Source of the DNA: Sinorhizobium meliloti | GTDB taxonomy: Bacteria > Pseudomonadota > Alphaproteobacteria > Rhizobiales > Rhizobiaceae | Length of the DNA stretch: 32,000 nucleotides | NCBI RefSeq assembly: GCF_017876815.1 | Contig: NZ_JAGIOS010000004.1 | Span: 150,001-182,000, forward strand | Direction of reading: 5' to 3' | In this document: one piece after another, positions 8,296 to 16,287 of the stretch | Layout: each line of letters opens with the position of its first letter | Position numbering within the stretch: position 1 is the first letter of the stretch | Notes under the pieces: model-generated | Told to the model about the DNA's origin: nothing | The model's database searches: none | What the model saw: the letters and a program-made list of their open reading frames with translations, nothing else | Position numbers and translations under genes: made by a program

Positions 8296-9814
8296 AGTGT
8301 ACCTGAAACCGCCGGAGCCGACAATGCGCCAAGAACGCACCGTCCAGGGCAGCATATTCGATCTTTTCGCCGAGCACGAGATCGGTCGTGAGTTGGAGGC
8401 GATGTCGCAGTGGCTGGACGCCCATCGCGATCTTTTGAATTTGGTGACGTCCGATCTGCGCCGACAGGGGGTCACGGAAACTGGCCGGCAGGGTTTGCCG
8501 TCGGAGGCGGTGCTGCGCTGTGCCCTCCTCAAACAGTACCGCCAGTTGAGCTACGAGGAGTTGGCGTTTCATCTGGAAGATTCCGCCTCGTTCCGGGCCT
8601 TTGCCCGGCTGCCATGGGGATGGAGCCCGAAAAAGTCGGTCTTGCACAAGACGATCAGCGCGATCCGGGCGGACACCTGGGAAGCGGTCAACAAAATGCT
8701 GCTGGCCAGCGCCCGGCAAGAAAGGTTGGAAAGCGGCAGGGTCGTGCGTGTGGACAGCACCGTCACGGCGGCGCTGATCCACGAACCAAGCGACAGCAGT
8801 CTTTTGTGGGACTGCGTGCGGGTGATGGTTCGTCTTCTGCAGCAGGCGGATTCGCTGGGCAGCACCATTCCCTGGCACGATCACTGCCGCGCGGCGAAGA
8901 AGCGGGCTCGGGTGATCGAGTATACCCGCGGTCGCCCGAAACGGGTTCAGCACTACCGCGCTCTGCTCAGGATCGCCCGGAACACCCTGGATTATCTGCA
9001 GCAGGCGGCGGCACAGTTGCCGCTGGCGGCGGGCCCGGCGGGCAAACTCTGGCAGGCCCAGGTTCGCCACTATCAGCCACTGATCACGCAGATCATCGCC
9101 CAGACGGAGCGGCGGGTGCTAGCCGGCGAAGCAGTGCCGGCCGGCGAGAAGCTTGTCAGCCTGTTCGAACCGCATGCCGACATCATCGTCAAGGGCAGCC
9201 GCGACGTCGATTACGGACATAAGCTCAATCTGACCACCGGCAGGAGCGGACTGATCCTCGATCTCGTCATCGAAGCCGGCAATCCAGCCGACAGCGAGCG
9301 GCTCTTGCCCCTACTGGAGCGCCACATCGCCTTCTATGGCGAGGCGCCGCGGCAGGCGGCCGCCGACGGCGGCTATGCAAGCCGTGAAAACCTGCGCCAA
9401 GCCAAGGCCTGGGGTGTACGCGACATGGCCTTCCATAAGAAGAGCGGCCTCAGGATCGAAGACATGGTCAGGAGCCGCTGGGTGTATCGAAAGCTCAGAA
9501 ACTTCCGGGCCGGCATCGAGGCCGGCATCTCCTGCCTGAAGCGGACCTATGGCCTGGCCCGCTGCACCTGGCGCGGGCTTGACCACTTCAAGACCTACGT
9601 CTGGTCCTCGGTGGTTGCCTACAATCTCGCCCTCTTCGCCCGTCTCAGGCCGACCTAACGCCGGTCATCGCGCCGCGTTCCGGAACACGCCGCGAGCGCC
9701 GGCCGATGCCACACGACCCTATCGCCGCCAAATCGCCCTTCGATCACAACCTGCAAGCCCTGTGCCATCACGCCTCGCGAATAAAGACCGCTTCAGCGAG
9801 CAAAACACTTCTAA
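8293..9814 (+). mobile_element. ISNCY/IS5-like insertion sequence (ends uncertain)
   Basis: A single 444-aa DDE transposase. The candidate termini share only a weak inverted match (left taaagtgt..ctgaaaccg; right, reverse-complemented, tagaagtgt..ctgaagcgg). The left boundary coincides with the break in the IS5-family remnant. Confidence 0.45.
8324..9658 (+). CDS. DDE transposase (DDE_Tnp_1 type, ISNCY/IS5-like), intact
   Basis: Start is taken at MRQERTVQGSIFDLFAEHEIGRELEAMSQWLD. DDE-like blocks VRVDSTV, AADGGYAS and YRKLRNFRAGIEAGISCLKR are present. There are no internal stops. Confidence 0.85.
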   Translation: MRQERTVQGSIFDLFAEHEIGRELEAMSQWLDAHRDLLNLVTSDLRRQGVTETGRQGLPSEAVLRCALLKQYRQLSYEELAFHLEDSASFRAFARLPWGWSPKKSVLHKTISAIRADTWEAVNKMLLASARQERLESGRVVRVDSTVTAALIHEPSDSSLLWDCVRVMVRLLQQADSLGSTIPWHDHCRAAKKRARVIEYTRGRPKRVQHYRALLRIARNTLDYLQQAAAQLPLAAGPAGKLWQAQVRHYQPLITQIIAQTERRVLAGEAVPAGEKLVSLFEPHADIIVKGSRDVDYGHKLNLTTGRSGLILDLVIEAGNPADSERLLPLLERHIAFYGEAPRQAAADGGYASRENLRQAKAWGVRDMAFHKKSGLRIEDMVRSRWVYRKLRNFRAGIEAGISCLKRTYGLARCTWRGLDHFKTYVWSSVVAYNLALFARLRPT

Positions 9815-9837
9815 AACCCTGAAAAACAGGCGTTGGC

Positions 9838-9870
9838 GAGTAGCGGAGGCGCATTCGCGCCTCCGCTCTC
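9838..9870 (-). ncRNA. Group II intron domain VI with bulged branch-point A
   Basis: GAGAGCGGAGGCGC GAAU GCGCCUCCGCU(A)CUC forms a perfect stem except for one bulged A (complement of t at 9841), 7-9 nt from the proposed 3' splice site. Confidence 0.75.
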
Positions 9871-9873
9871 TCA

Positions 9874-9907
9874 GAACCGTGCGTGAACCTCTCAGTTCAC
9901 ACGGCTC
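9874..9907 (-). ncRNA. Group II intron domain V (catalytic hairpin)
   Basis: The minus-strand RNA GAGCCGUGUGAACUGAGAGGUUCACGCACGGUUC folds as a 34-nt hairpin with the AGC triad at positions 2-4, a 2-nt bulge (CG) and a GAGA (GNRA) tetraloop. Confidence 0.85.
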
Positions 9908-9910
9908 CCA

Positions 9911-11170
9911 TCAGGCAAACGTGCCGATCAGACCGAGTTGCCAGTGCACAAAGAGATCGGTGCGCTGCTCGACGAGCCGTTGTAAGAACCGACTTGCCCG
10001 AGCCTTACCCCTGCCAAAGCGCTTGAACTTCCGCCTTGCCCACGCAAGCATCGTCTGATTGACGTAGCGAAGTATGGGCTGCAGCCCCGTTGGCGCGTAC
10101 CGTCCATAATAGCTGATCCACCCCCTGAGGAGCGGATTGATCAGCCGGGCGATGTCGTTCAACGAGAGCTGCGTCTGTCGGCGGATGTGCAAGTCCCTGA
10201 TCTTTTCCCGCATCGCTTTCAGCGCCGAGGAACTGACCGCTGGTGTGAAGCCGCAAAACAGTCGCCCGCTTTGCGTTCCCCATACCGCGCGCGGTCGGAA
10301 GCAATATCCGAGGAAGTCGAACGTCACATTCGGATGTTGCCCTCTGCGTTTGGAGTCTCTGCAGTAAACGATCTTGGTTTTGGTGGGATGCATCTCCAGT
10401 TGGCACTCCGCCAGCCTCGCCTGAAGTGCGGCCTTGACGGCCTCCGCTTCCTGCTCGCTCCGGCAGTGCACCAAACCGTCATCCGCATACCGACACCATG
10501 GGAGGTCGGGATGTGTCCGGTCCATCCACAAGTCAAATGCGTAGTGCAGGAACAGATTTGAAAGAATCGGACTAATCACGCCCCCTTGCGGGGTGCCGCA
10601 ATCACGCTCTATTCTTTGTTCATCTTGTTCCATGGGCGCCGTCAGCCATCTTTCGATGTAGAGCAACGCCCATTTGCACTTTACATGCTTGCGGACAGCC
10701 TTGAGCAATAGTTCGTGGGAGATGTTGTCGAACAGACCCTTGATGTCGAACTCTAAAACCCAATCATATTTCCAGCACCGCTGACGCGTGATCCCCACGG
10801 CATCGAGCGCCGATTTGTTCGGCCTGTAGCCGTAGGAATCTTTCAGGAAGATCTGATCGAGTTCCGGTTCGATGAGCTGCTTGACCACCATCTGCGCGAT
10901 CCTATCGCTCACGGTGGGCACACCCAAAATCCGCTGGCCCCCAGTCTTTTTGGGAATGGGGACGGCTCGCACCGGTGGCGGAAAGTAGCTTCCCGAACTC
11001 ATCCTATTCCAGATCTTGTAGAGATTACCCTTCAAGTCGGCTTCGAACTGCTCGATCGTCTGCCCGTCCACACCGGCCGCACCACCATTGGATTTGACCG
11101 CTTTATAAGCTTCGTACACCAGCCGCTTATCGATCCTAAACGGCTTGTCTGTCGTATCCGCCGACGTCAT
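9911..11170 (-). CDS. Group II intron-encoded reverse transcriptase/maturase (no endonuclease domain), 419 aa
   Basis: RT blocks VDGQTIEQF, RAVPIPKKTGGQRILGVPTVSDRIAQ, FDIKGLFDNISH, GTPQGGVISPILSNLFL and YADDGLVHC are present, followed by a maturase X region (LINPLLRGWISYYG). No H-N-H motif was seen. Confidence 0.95.
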   Translation of the reverse strand: MTSADTTDKPFRIDKRLVYEAYKAVKSNGGAAGVDGQTIEQFEADLKGNLYKIWNRMSSGSYFPPPVRAVPIPKKTGGQRILGVPTVSDRIAQMVVKQLIEPELDQIFLKDSYGYRPNKSALDAVGITRQRCWKYDWVLEFDIKGLFDNISHELLLKAVRKHVKCKWALLYIERWLTAPMEQDEQRIERDCGTPQGGVISPILSNLFLHYAFDLWMDRTHPDLPWCRYADDGLVHCRSEQEAEAVKAALQARLAECQLEMHPTKTKIVYCRDSKRRGQHPNVTFDFLGYCFRPRAVWGTQSGRLFCGFTPAVSSSALKAMREKIRDLHIRRQTQLSLNDIARLINPLLRGWISYYGRYAPTGLQPILRYVNQTMLAWARRKFKRFGRGKARASRFLQRLVEQRTDLFVHWQLGLIGTFA

Positions 11171-11766
11171 CCTGTTTCCAGTTGTTTCGAAAATACGACC
11201 ACCTGACCCGACCCCTTCGCTCCAGCCCCATTACAGGGCCTTCAACGCTAATACGGGTCGATCCGTCCCAGCTTCCTGCATCGGTACTCTCGCCTCGCGG
11301 TGATGTGCCGCTTGTGCTTCTCCCTTGGCATCAGAAAGCTGGTTCCTGCAGTTCCACGCAAAAGCCTGCATCCGTCTCATGCCCCCTATACGCCGTCCAC
11401 TGTCCGCCCAGTCATCAGGCTCCCGACGGACTTGTCCCGAGAGATCCATACACCCTCGGTTTTAGTGGTGGTAAAGAGTTCTAACGACGCGTCATCGAAG
11501 GGTTTGCTTGCGCTCATCTTCCGGATGCCTACCTGCCCCGGATCATGTCCGCGGCTTTTGACCCAACGCTCACCACCATGGCTCTTCTACCACAGCAGCT
11601 TGGGCTGGTTTGAGACCCGCTCCTGAAAGCCGATCCCGAGGGGCCTACCCTCATCTTTCACGCAGCTTCTCAGCATGTTGTCAGTTCGCCATCGAACCTC
11701 CTTCTGCTTGCTGCAGCACACTATGGACGGGCACTAGTCTAGAGCGGATCGCCGCCGAGCCGCCTG

Positions 11767-11994
11767 ATGGCCACCCATCACCCATATTTTCACCATCAAT
11801 CATGTCGCCGAAATGCTCGGCGAAGACCGAGAACTCCTCGAGGCGATCGACAGCAACTCTGACAGTTTGACCTATGGAAGTATGGAAGTATCTTCAGCGT
11901 CGTACATGGTGACGATGAGACAATCACCGCACTGACCGACGATGGCATCGATGAGCTGAGGCAAATGCTTGCCGATGCGCGCCGTTCACCTTAA
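11767..11994 (+). pseudogene. Small conserved-looking ORF (~70 aa) broken by frameshifts
   Basis: Removing one copy of the 8-bp duplication gives ...PITHIFTINHVAEMLGEDRELLEAIDSNSDSLTYGSIFSVVHGDDETITALTDDGIDELRQMLADARRSP-stop. The only ATG (11767) is one base out of frame. No family name was recognised. Confidence 0.4.
11873..11888 (+). repeat. Perfect 8-bp tandem duplication (tatggaag x2)
   Basis: tatggaag at 11873-11880 is repeated at 11881-11888. The duplication shifts the frame of the small ORF above. Confidence 0.95.
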
Positions 11995-12132
11995 GCTTGG
12001 AACGACTTCCTCGACTACGAAGAAGTCATCGCTTGCGTCAAGGCGAAATCTCCGCGGTAACAATCGGCCGGTTACCATATTAGCGGCTTGCCAAGAGTTC
12101 ACGCCGACTAGTTACTTCGAGGCCTTGGCTCT

Positions 12133-12330
12133 ATGTTTCAGTGTCATGGCGCTCCGATGGCCTTTTCCGACAAGCATTCGGTCTTTCGCGTGGCGAAGAA
12201 GGACGCCACGCGCCGCCAGGGCATGACCCCAGTACAACCGTGCGCTTTTGGAGCGAAACATCGAGATCACATGCGATCTCAGCGTTCGTACGACGGAGGC
12301 ACCCCATCGCGTGGTCATTTGTAGCTCTCG
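12133..12330 (+). pseudogene. Heavily decayed remnant of an rve (integrase-core) type transposase
   Basis: Across three frames it reads AFSDKHSVFRVAKKDA...GMT / LERNIEITC. This resembles the remembered YSDKHS.FRV...G.TQFGRAL.ELNIE..CA.SPQAKGRVER block. Several frameshifts are present. Confidence 0.3.
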
Positions 12331-12449
12331 CAAATTGCCAGAGTACGATCTCAGAAGTGTCCGCTTCGTAGCCCCGCGTCCGCCATGGCGTTGGGCTCCT
12401 TCAAGAGCTCAGCCGTTCGTACACATCGAGCGCAGCGCTGTGGGTCGGC

Positions 12450-13727
12450 TCATTTGCTAGGCCTCTTAGATTGGGATTTCGCCTTACCTGCAGTCGTCGA
12501 GCGCGAAGCCTGCGACACATAGATCGGGGGACGACCCCAAACCTCCGATATGATATCCATCACCTCGGCATTGACGGAATTCAGCGTTTCCATCGCTTGC
12601 TCGTATGCCGATCGGCCTACCGCTCCCGCTGATAGCTCATACAGCGATCGATTCTTGAGCCCCGCGTATCCTATCGCATCCGATTCCCAGACGATGGCAG
12701 TCAAGAGATCATCACCCAGGGAGCCCCGCAGCAGGGCGATCGTCTCCTGCTCTGCGACGTCACGCGGGTCGTGCCTTGTCACCAAGAATTTGAAAAAATC
12801 ATAATCTTCGGACTTCCCAGCTTCTTCGATCCTGCGGACGTATTCCGAGAAAATGCTGAGGGACATGGCCGTTGACGCGACATCATCCAATTGCGGGTGG
12901 ACTGTAACCAGCACGCCGGTCGCTGCTTCAAGCGCAACCGGGCCTAAGCCGTCGCGTACAGGTGCACCGGCAATAACGACGACATCGTAATTGCCCTCGA
13001 CTTCCTCGATCGCAGACACCAGTCTCGAGTTAGCATCTGGGTTCCTCGAGGCCCCGCTGAGGTAGCGCCGCAAGCGTTCCTCCTCGAACCGGCGGAGCTC
13101 GATACTGCCCGGCACGATATCAAGACCATCAAAATGCGTCGGTCGGATTACAGTCCTAATACTGGCCCGATCGTCATCACAGCGTAACGCGGCATATATG
13201 CTTTTATTGTAGACCGGCGTCGTACTGGCGGTGTAACCGAACATTCCCGAGAATGAGCCTCGCCTATCAAGATCTACAGCGAGAACACGGAATCCTTGAA
13301 GTGCAAGGCCCTGAACCAGATAGAATGCTGTAGTGGTACTTGCGGAGCCGCCTACTGAGATAATCTGTAGTTTCTCACCCTCGCGCCTCCGCGGGTAAAA
13401 CTTTAAAGCATCTTTCGGACGGGCCGAAGCGAGATAAGCACGAAGTTCGTTGATTTGTCGAAGCGTATAGGAGCGTCGCCCTGCGGTCCCTAGCTCCGGT
13501 GTTGGCCCCAGACCATCAATTGACAACTGGCGCAGATAACTGTGCGACACACCGAGGATCTCGGCGACCTCGCCCAAGGAGAAGGAGCGCAAGGTCATGG
13601 GGTCTGGAAATGGAAAGTCGATAGCTACGCCAGAGGCGCGTACGCGATCGAAGAGTTCTTTGGCCCGACGCCGGATGCGTTCCGACGTTCTCTCCTTTTC
13701 ATGCGGCGGACTAACAGTTTGTGGCAT
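12450..13727 (-). CDS. RepA/ParA-family partition protein homologue (repABC-type) with degenerate ATPase motifs; no repB/repC follows
   Basis: Collinear with remembered RepA proteins: LRSFSLGEVAEILGVSHSYLRQLS...GRRSYTLRQINELR...LQIISV..GFRVLAVDLD...FDGLDIVPG...YDVVVI...TVHPQL.DV...FLVTRHDP...SLYEL...SAYEQAMETLNSVNAEV...WGR. Walker A is VGGSASTTT instead of KGGSGKTTT. The start is assumed at ATG 13727; the ORF is open to 13895. Confidence 0.8.
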   Translation of the reverse strand: MPQTVSPPHEKERTSERIRRRAKELFDRVRASGVAIDFPFPDPMTLRSFSLGEVAEILGVSHSYLRQLSIDGLGPTPELGTAGRRSYTLRQINELRAYLASARPKDALKFYPRRREGEKLQIISVGGSASTTTAFYLVQGLALQGFRVLAVDLDRRGSFSGMFGYTASTTPVYNKSIYAALRCDDDRASIRTVIRPTHFDGLDIVPGSIELRRFEEERLRRYLSGASRNPDANSRLVSAIEEVEGNYDVVVIAGAPVRDGLGPVALEAATGVLVTVHPQLDDVASTAMSLSIFSEYVRRIEEAGKSEDYDFFKFLVTRHDPRDVAEQETIALLRGSLGDDLLTAIVWESDAIGYAGLKNRSLYELSAGAVGRSAYEQAMETLNSVNAEVMDIISEVWGRPPIYVSQASRSTTAGKAKSQSKRPSK

Positions 13728-14359
13728 AACGGGTCCCGCGAAGGCTATTCTCCAGCATGTAGGTTTATTGCCACGGCCCTTCTTGCACGTCTGAAAACGC
13801 CGCGCAAGTCGCAACCGGATAGATTGTGGCGGGTCCACCGCACAATCTAGTCCGATCAGCGCGCGCTCGATCTTCCCTAGGGTTGATTTGCGCATGTACG
13901 AAGCCAGTTTCCCGCTGCGCCCCGTGGAACATTTCTGCCGGTATGAGTGAGTGTGTCACAGCCCGAGCGTTGACATCTATTGGGGCCCGACCCGCAGCTT
14001 GTTATGCGGCGAGTAGATAAGAGTTCCTTTTTCGCGCGCTACTCACACCATTGCAGCATCCCGCGGACGAAAGCAGAAGCTCGGCGCGACATCCCGCATG
14101 GGCGAATGAACCTTGAGCCGACTGGTGATCCTCGGTCCGAACGCGGCCGGTGCGCTGGGCAAAGCGTAAAAGCTCGACCGTGGACCATGGCTTGCGCGAA
14201 TGCTGAACCGCAAACAACCCAGATTGGCGGCCCGGCCAACAAAGATGGGTTGCATCGTCCGGCGGAACGCATTGCAAGTCAGCAAGAGCGCCGGCCGCAA
14301 CAGCGGCAAATGTGAGCCAGAGCCTCATATCGGTGGAAACCGCCGGGTCAGCTCTCAGC

Positions 14360-15049
14360 CTAAAGCTTCGACAATGTCTCCAACCAACTCTCTTTCGTAT
14401 TCCCGGCACGACGATTGCCTTCCAGCACAAGCTTGGGAACAGTGCTAATCATTGCACTGAATTGCCGATCAACATTTGCGATCGCCGCATCGTTGTCTCG
14501 CTTATCAAGAAGCTCCAGAAGCTCGCTCATGTCATCTCTGATACATGAGAGACGCTCCGGCTGGTGCAAGTCCAACCAACGAATGTATCTCGTCCGAACG
14601 TTGTACTCATGCACGAGGTCCCGCATTATTCTGTTGTTCGAAGCCTTCGCGATACGTTCGTAAAAAGACTGTTGGAACTCCCTGATCAAGTCGTAGTCGG
14701 TCCAGCTGGGAAGAACTACAAACGTAGAGTGCTCATACAGGTTTTCTCTGAACACATGCTTGAGCACCATCATAATAAAATCAAGTTGATCCGACAGTTT
14801 CTGTGGATCAAGCTTCTTGGTGTAGTAGCCATTGTTGAATGAGCTCATGATGTATTCTTCTATTTCGAGCTGAATTAGTACCTCGCGCACAGGTACAACG
14901 CTAGTATTCATGACGTTGCTGATTGCAACAGCATCGAGTCGCGTACCGGGTGGAACCTCACAATTGACGATAAGCTTCTTGAGTGCTTTATATACTTTGC
15001 CGACCTTGGACTCGTCCCATCCTAGTTTATGTTCGTGGCGACTATACAT
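14360..15049 (-). CDS. GntR-family transcriptional regulator (FadR/FCD-like C-terminal domain)
   Basis: An N-terminal winged HTH (KVYKALKKLIVNCEVPPGTRLDAVAISNVMNTSVVPVREVLIQLEIEEYI) is followed by a ~150-aa helical domain. GGAGGAG lies 5 nt upstream of ATG 15049; the ORF is open to 15067. The gene is visibly AT-richer than its flanks. Confidence 0.85.
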   Translation of the reverse strand: MYSRHEHKLGWDESKVGKVYKALKKLIVNCEVPPGTRLDAVAISNVMNTSVVPVREVLIQLEIEEYIMSSFNNGYYTKKLDPQKLSDQLDFIMMVLKHVFRENLYEHSTFVVLPSWTDYDLIREFQQSFYERIAKASNNRIMRDLVHEYNVRTRYIRWLDLHQPERLSCIRDDMSELLELLDKRDNDAAIANVDRQFSAMISTVPKLVLEGNRRAGNTKESWLETLSKL

Positions 15050-16287
15050 GCCTTCTCCTCCGCGCATAGTTTCTGTTGTTCAAAGAAGTCTGGGGCTGCA
15101 GCCCGCTTCTGGCGCTGGCGTGTAATTTCTCCTCTGTCGCGTACCGCGGAATACTCGAGAAGTAACCGAACATGTCCGACAATTAGCCGTACGGATCGAG
15201 ATCTCCGGCGGTGACGCGTAATTTTTTGCAGTGCGAAGGCTCTGAGAACGATGTGGTGGTGCGGAGCCGGAGGCTACGAGATGATCTGTGATTTCTTGGC
15301 CTCGCGCCGCCACGGGCAAAACTGCAAAGCCTTCTTCGCACGGGCCGAAGCGGAATAACGTTCGTTTGTGTCGCAAGACGCATCCTGACGGTGTTTGAGC
15401 TGCATGTTGATAAACATCCGTCACGATGTAGACTCGCTTCTCCGTGCCAGTCAACCGAAACTTACGGCTTTATCGGAGCGCCTTTCGTCAGCCTCATTGA
15501 ACTCTTGTGTTTATTTCCCTCACAGTCAGCTGCGGAGTTGTCGCTTGGCACTTATATGTGAGAATGCGGCTGTTTCAGCCGAATGTGGCATTAAAGATGA
15601 GAATCCAACGGGTGGGATGCGCAAAATAACTGCACTGGGAAGACGCCACCGAACGGCATGTATGGGGCATGATCTCCTCAATAGCGCTGCTGAATCGCAC
15701 TTGATTCTGACCCATCATTTTCGCACGCCTCATCATGAGCATCACTGGTCCAGCCCGCTCGAGATGGATACTCCGGCTAGCCGAGCTGATCGCAGATGCA
15801 GCGCCAGCATGGGATTTGCTGCAGTAGGTAGGCTCCTTAGTTCCGTGGCGACGGCGAGCGATTTCGGTCGGCGAAGTCCAGGTTCGGACGCCGCGCTCGG
15901 CCTCATCGTCGAGGAGCCGTTCTCCTATGAGCGCAGTCCCATGATAGCGGCCGAACAGGAGACGGGCGGTCATGCCTGCCTGGGTGCCGGAGCAGGCCAC
16001 CACACAGCGGGCAGGTGATGCGCCAGCCGAGAAGCTGGCTGCGAAGGCCGGGTCCCGGTTCATGGTCACTCGGATGGCAGGCTGAGCGGGACTCTAGCGG
16101 TCTGGCTGCAATCAGGCGTCGCGATGCTCGCGCCACATTCGAAGAGGTCATGCGGCGCAGGGCGGCCGGTTCGGTCGAGAAGATGCCGGCCAGGCGCGTA
16201 ACCTGAGCAGCGGTTAGGCTGCGATCGCCCGCGCGCAAAGACAACACCTGGGAAGACAATGCCGCAGCATACTAGAGCAGATCCTGT

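Larger units (their letters stand above)
9832..11721 (-). mobile_element. Full-length bacterial group II intron (RmInt1-like, En-minus IEP), ~1.89 kb
   Basis: The 5' end is GUGUG (reverse complement of cacac at 11717-11721). A 419-aa RT/maturase ORF is followed by canonical domains V and VI. The 3' end is placed at ...GCCAAC (9832, +/-3 nt). Size and IEP length agree with my recollection of RmInt1 (1884 nt, 419 aa). Confidence 0.9.

Noticed and set aside
11733-11756. ACTAGTCTAGAGCGGATCGCCGCC next to the intron 5' junction resembles the SpeI-XbaI-NotI stretch of pBluescript-type polylinkers (ACTAGTTCTAGAGCGGCCGCC). The window also starts with GATCC.
   Set aside because: The match is imperfect (one deletion and a 4-nt insertion) and no other vector sequence flanks it. 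Overlapping CTAG palindromes are also common at IS5/IS427-type targets. A vector screen (UniVec) would settle it.
14002-14430. ORF with a signal-peptide-like start (MRLWLTFAAVAAGALA) between the repA-like and GntR genes.
   Set aside because: The rest of the translation is of poor quality, three overlapping frames are equally open, and no family motif (SLT or L,D-transpeptidase) could be confirmed.
15903-16259. XRE/HigA-like HTH remnant (SSQVLSLRAGDRSLTAAQVTRLAGIFSTEPAAL) and adjacent ORF 15575-16069, next to the IS630 insertion.
   Set aside because: Only ~35 residues resemble the C-terminal HTH of COG5499-type antitoxins. An in-frame stop sits at the reconstructed pre-insertion junction, and the downstream ORF has no recognisable toxin or peptidase motif. 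The evidence is too weak to annotate.
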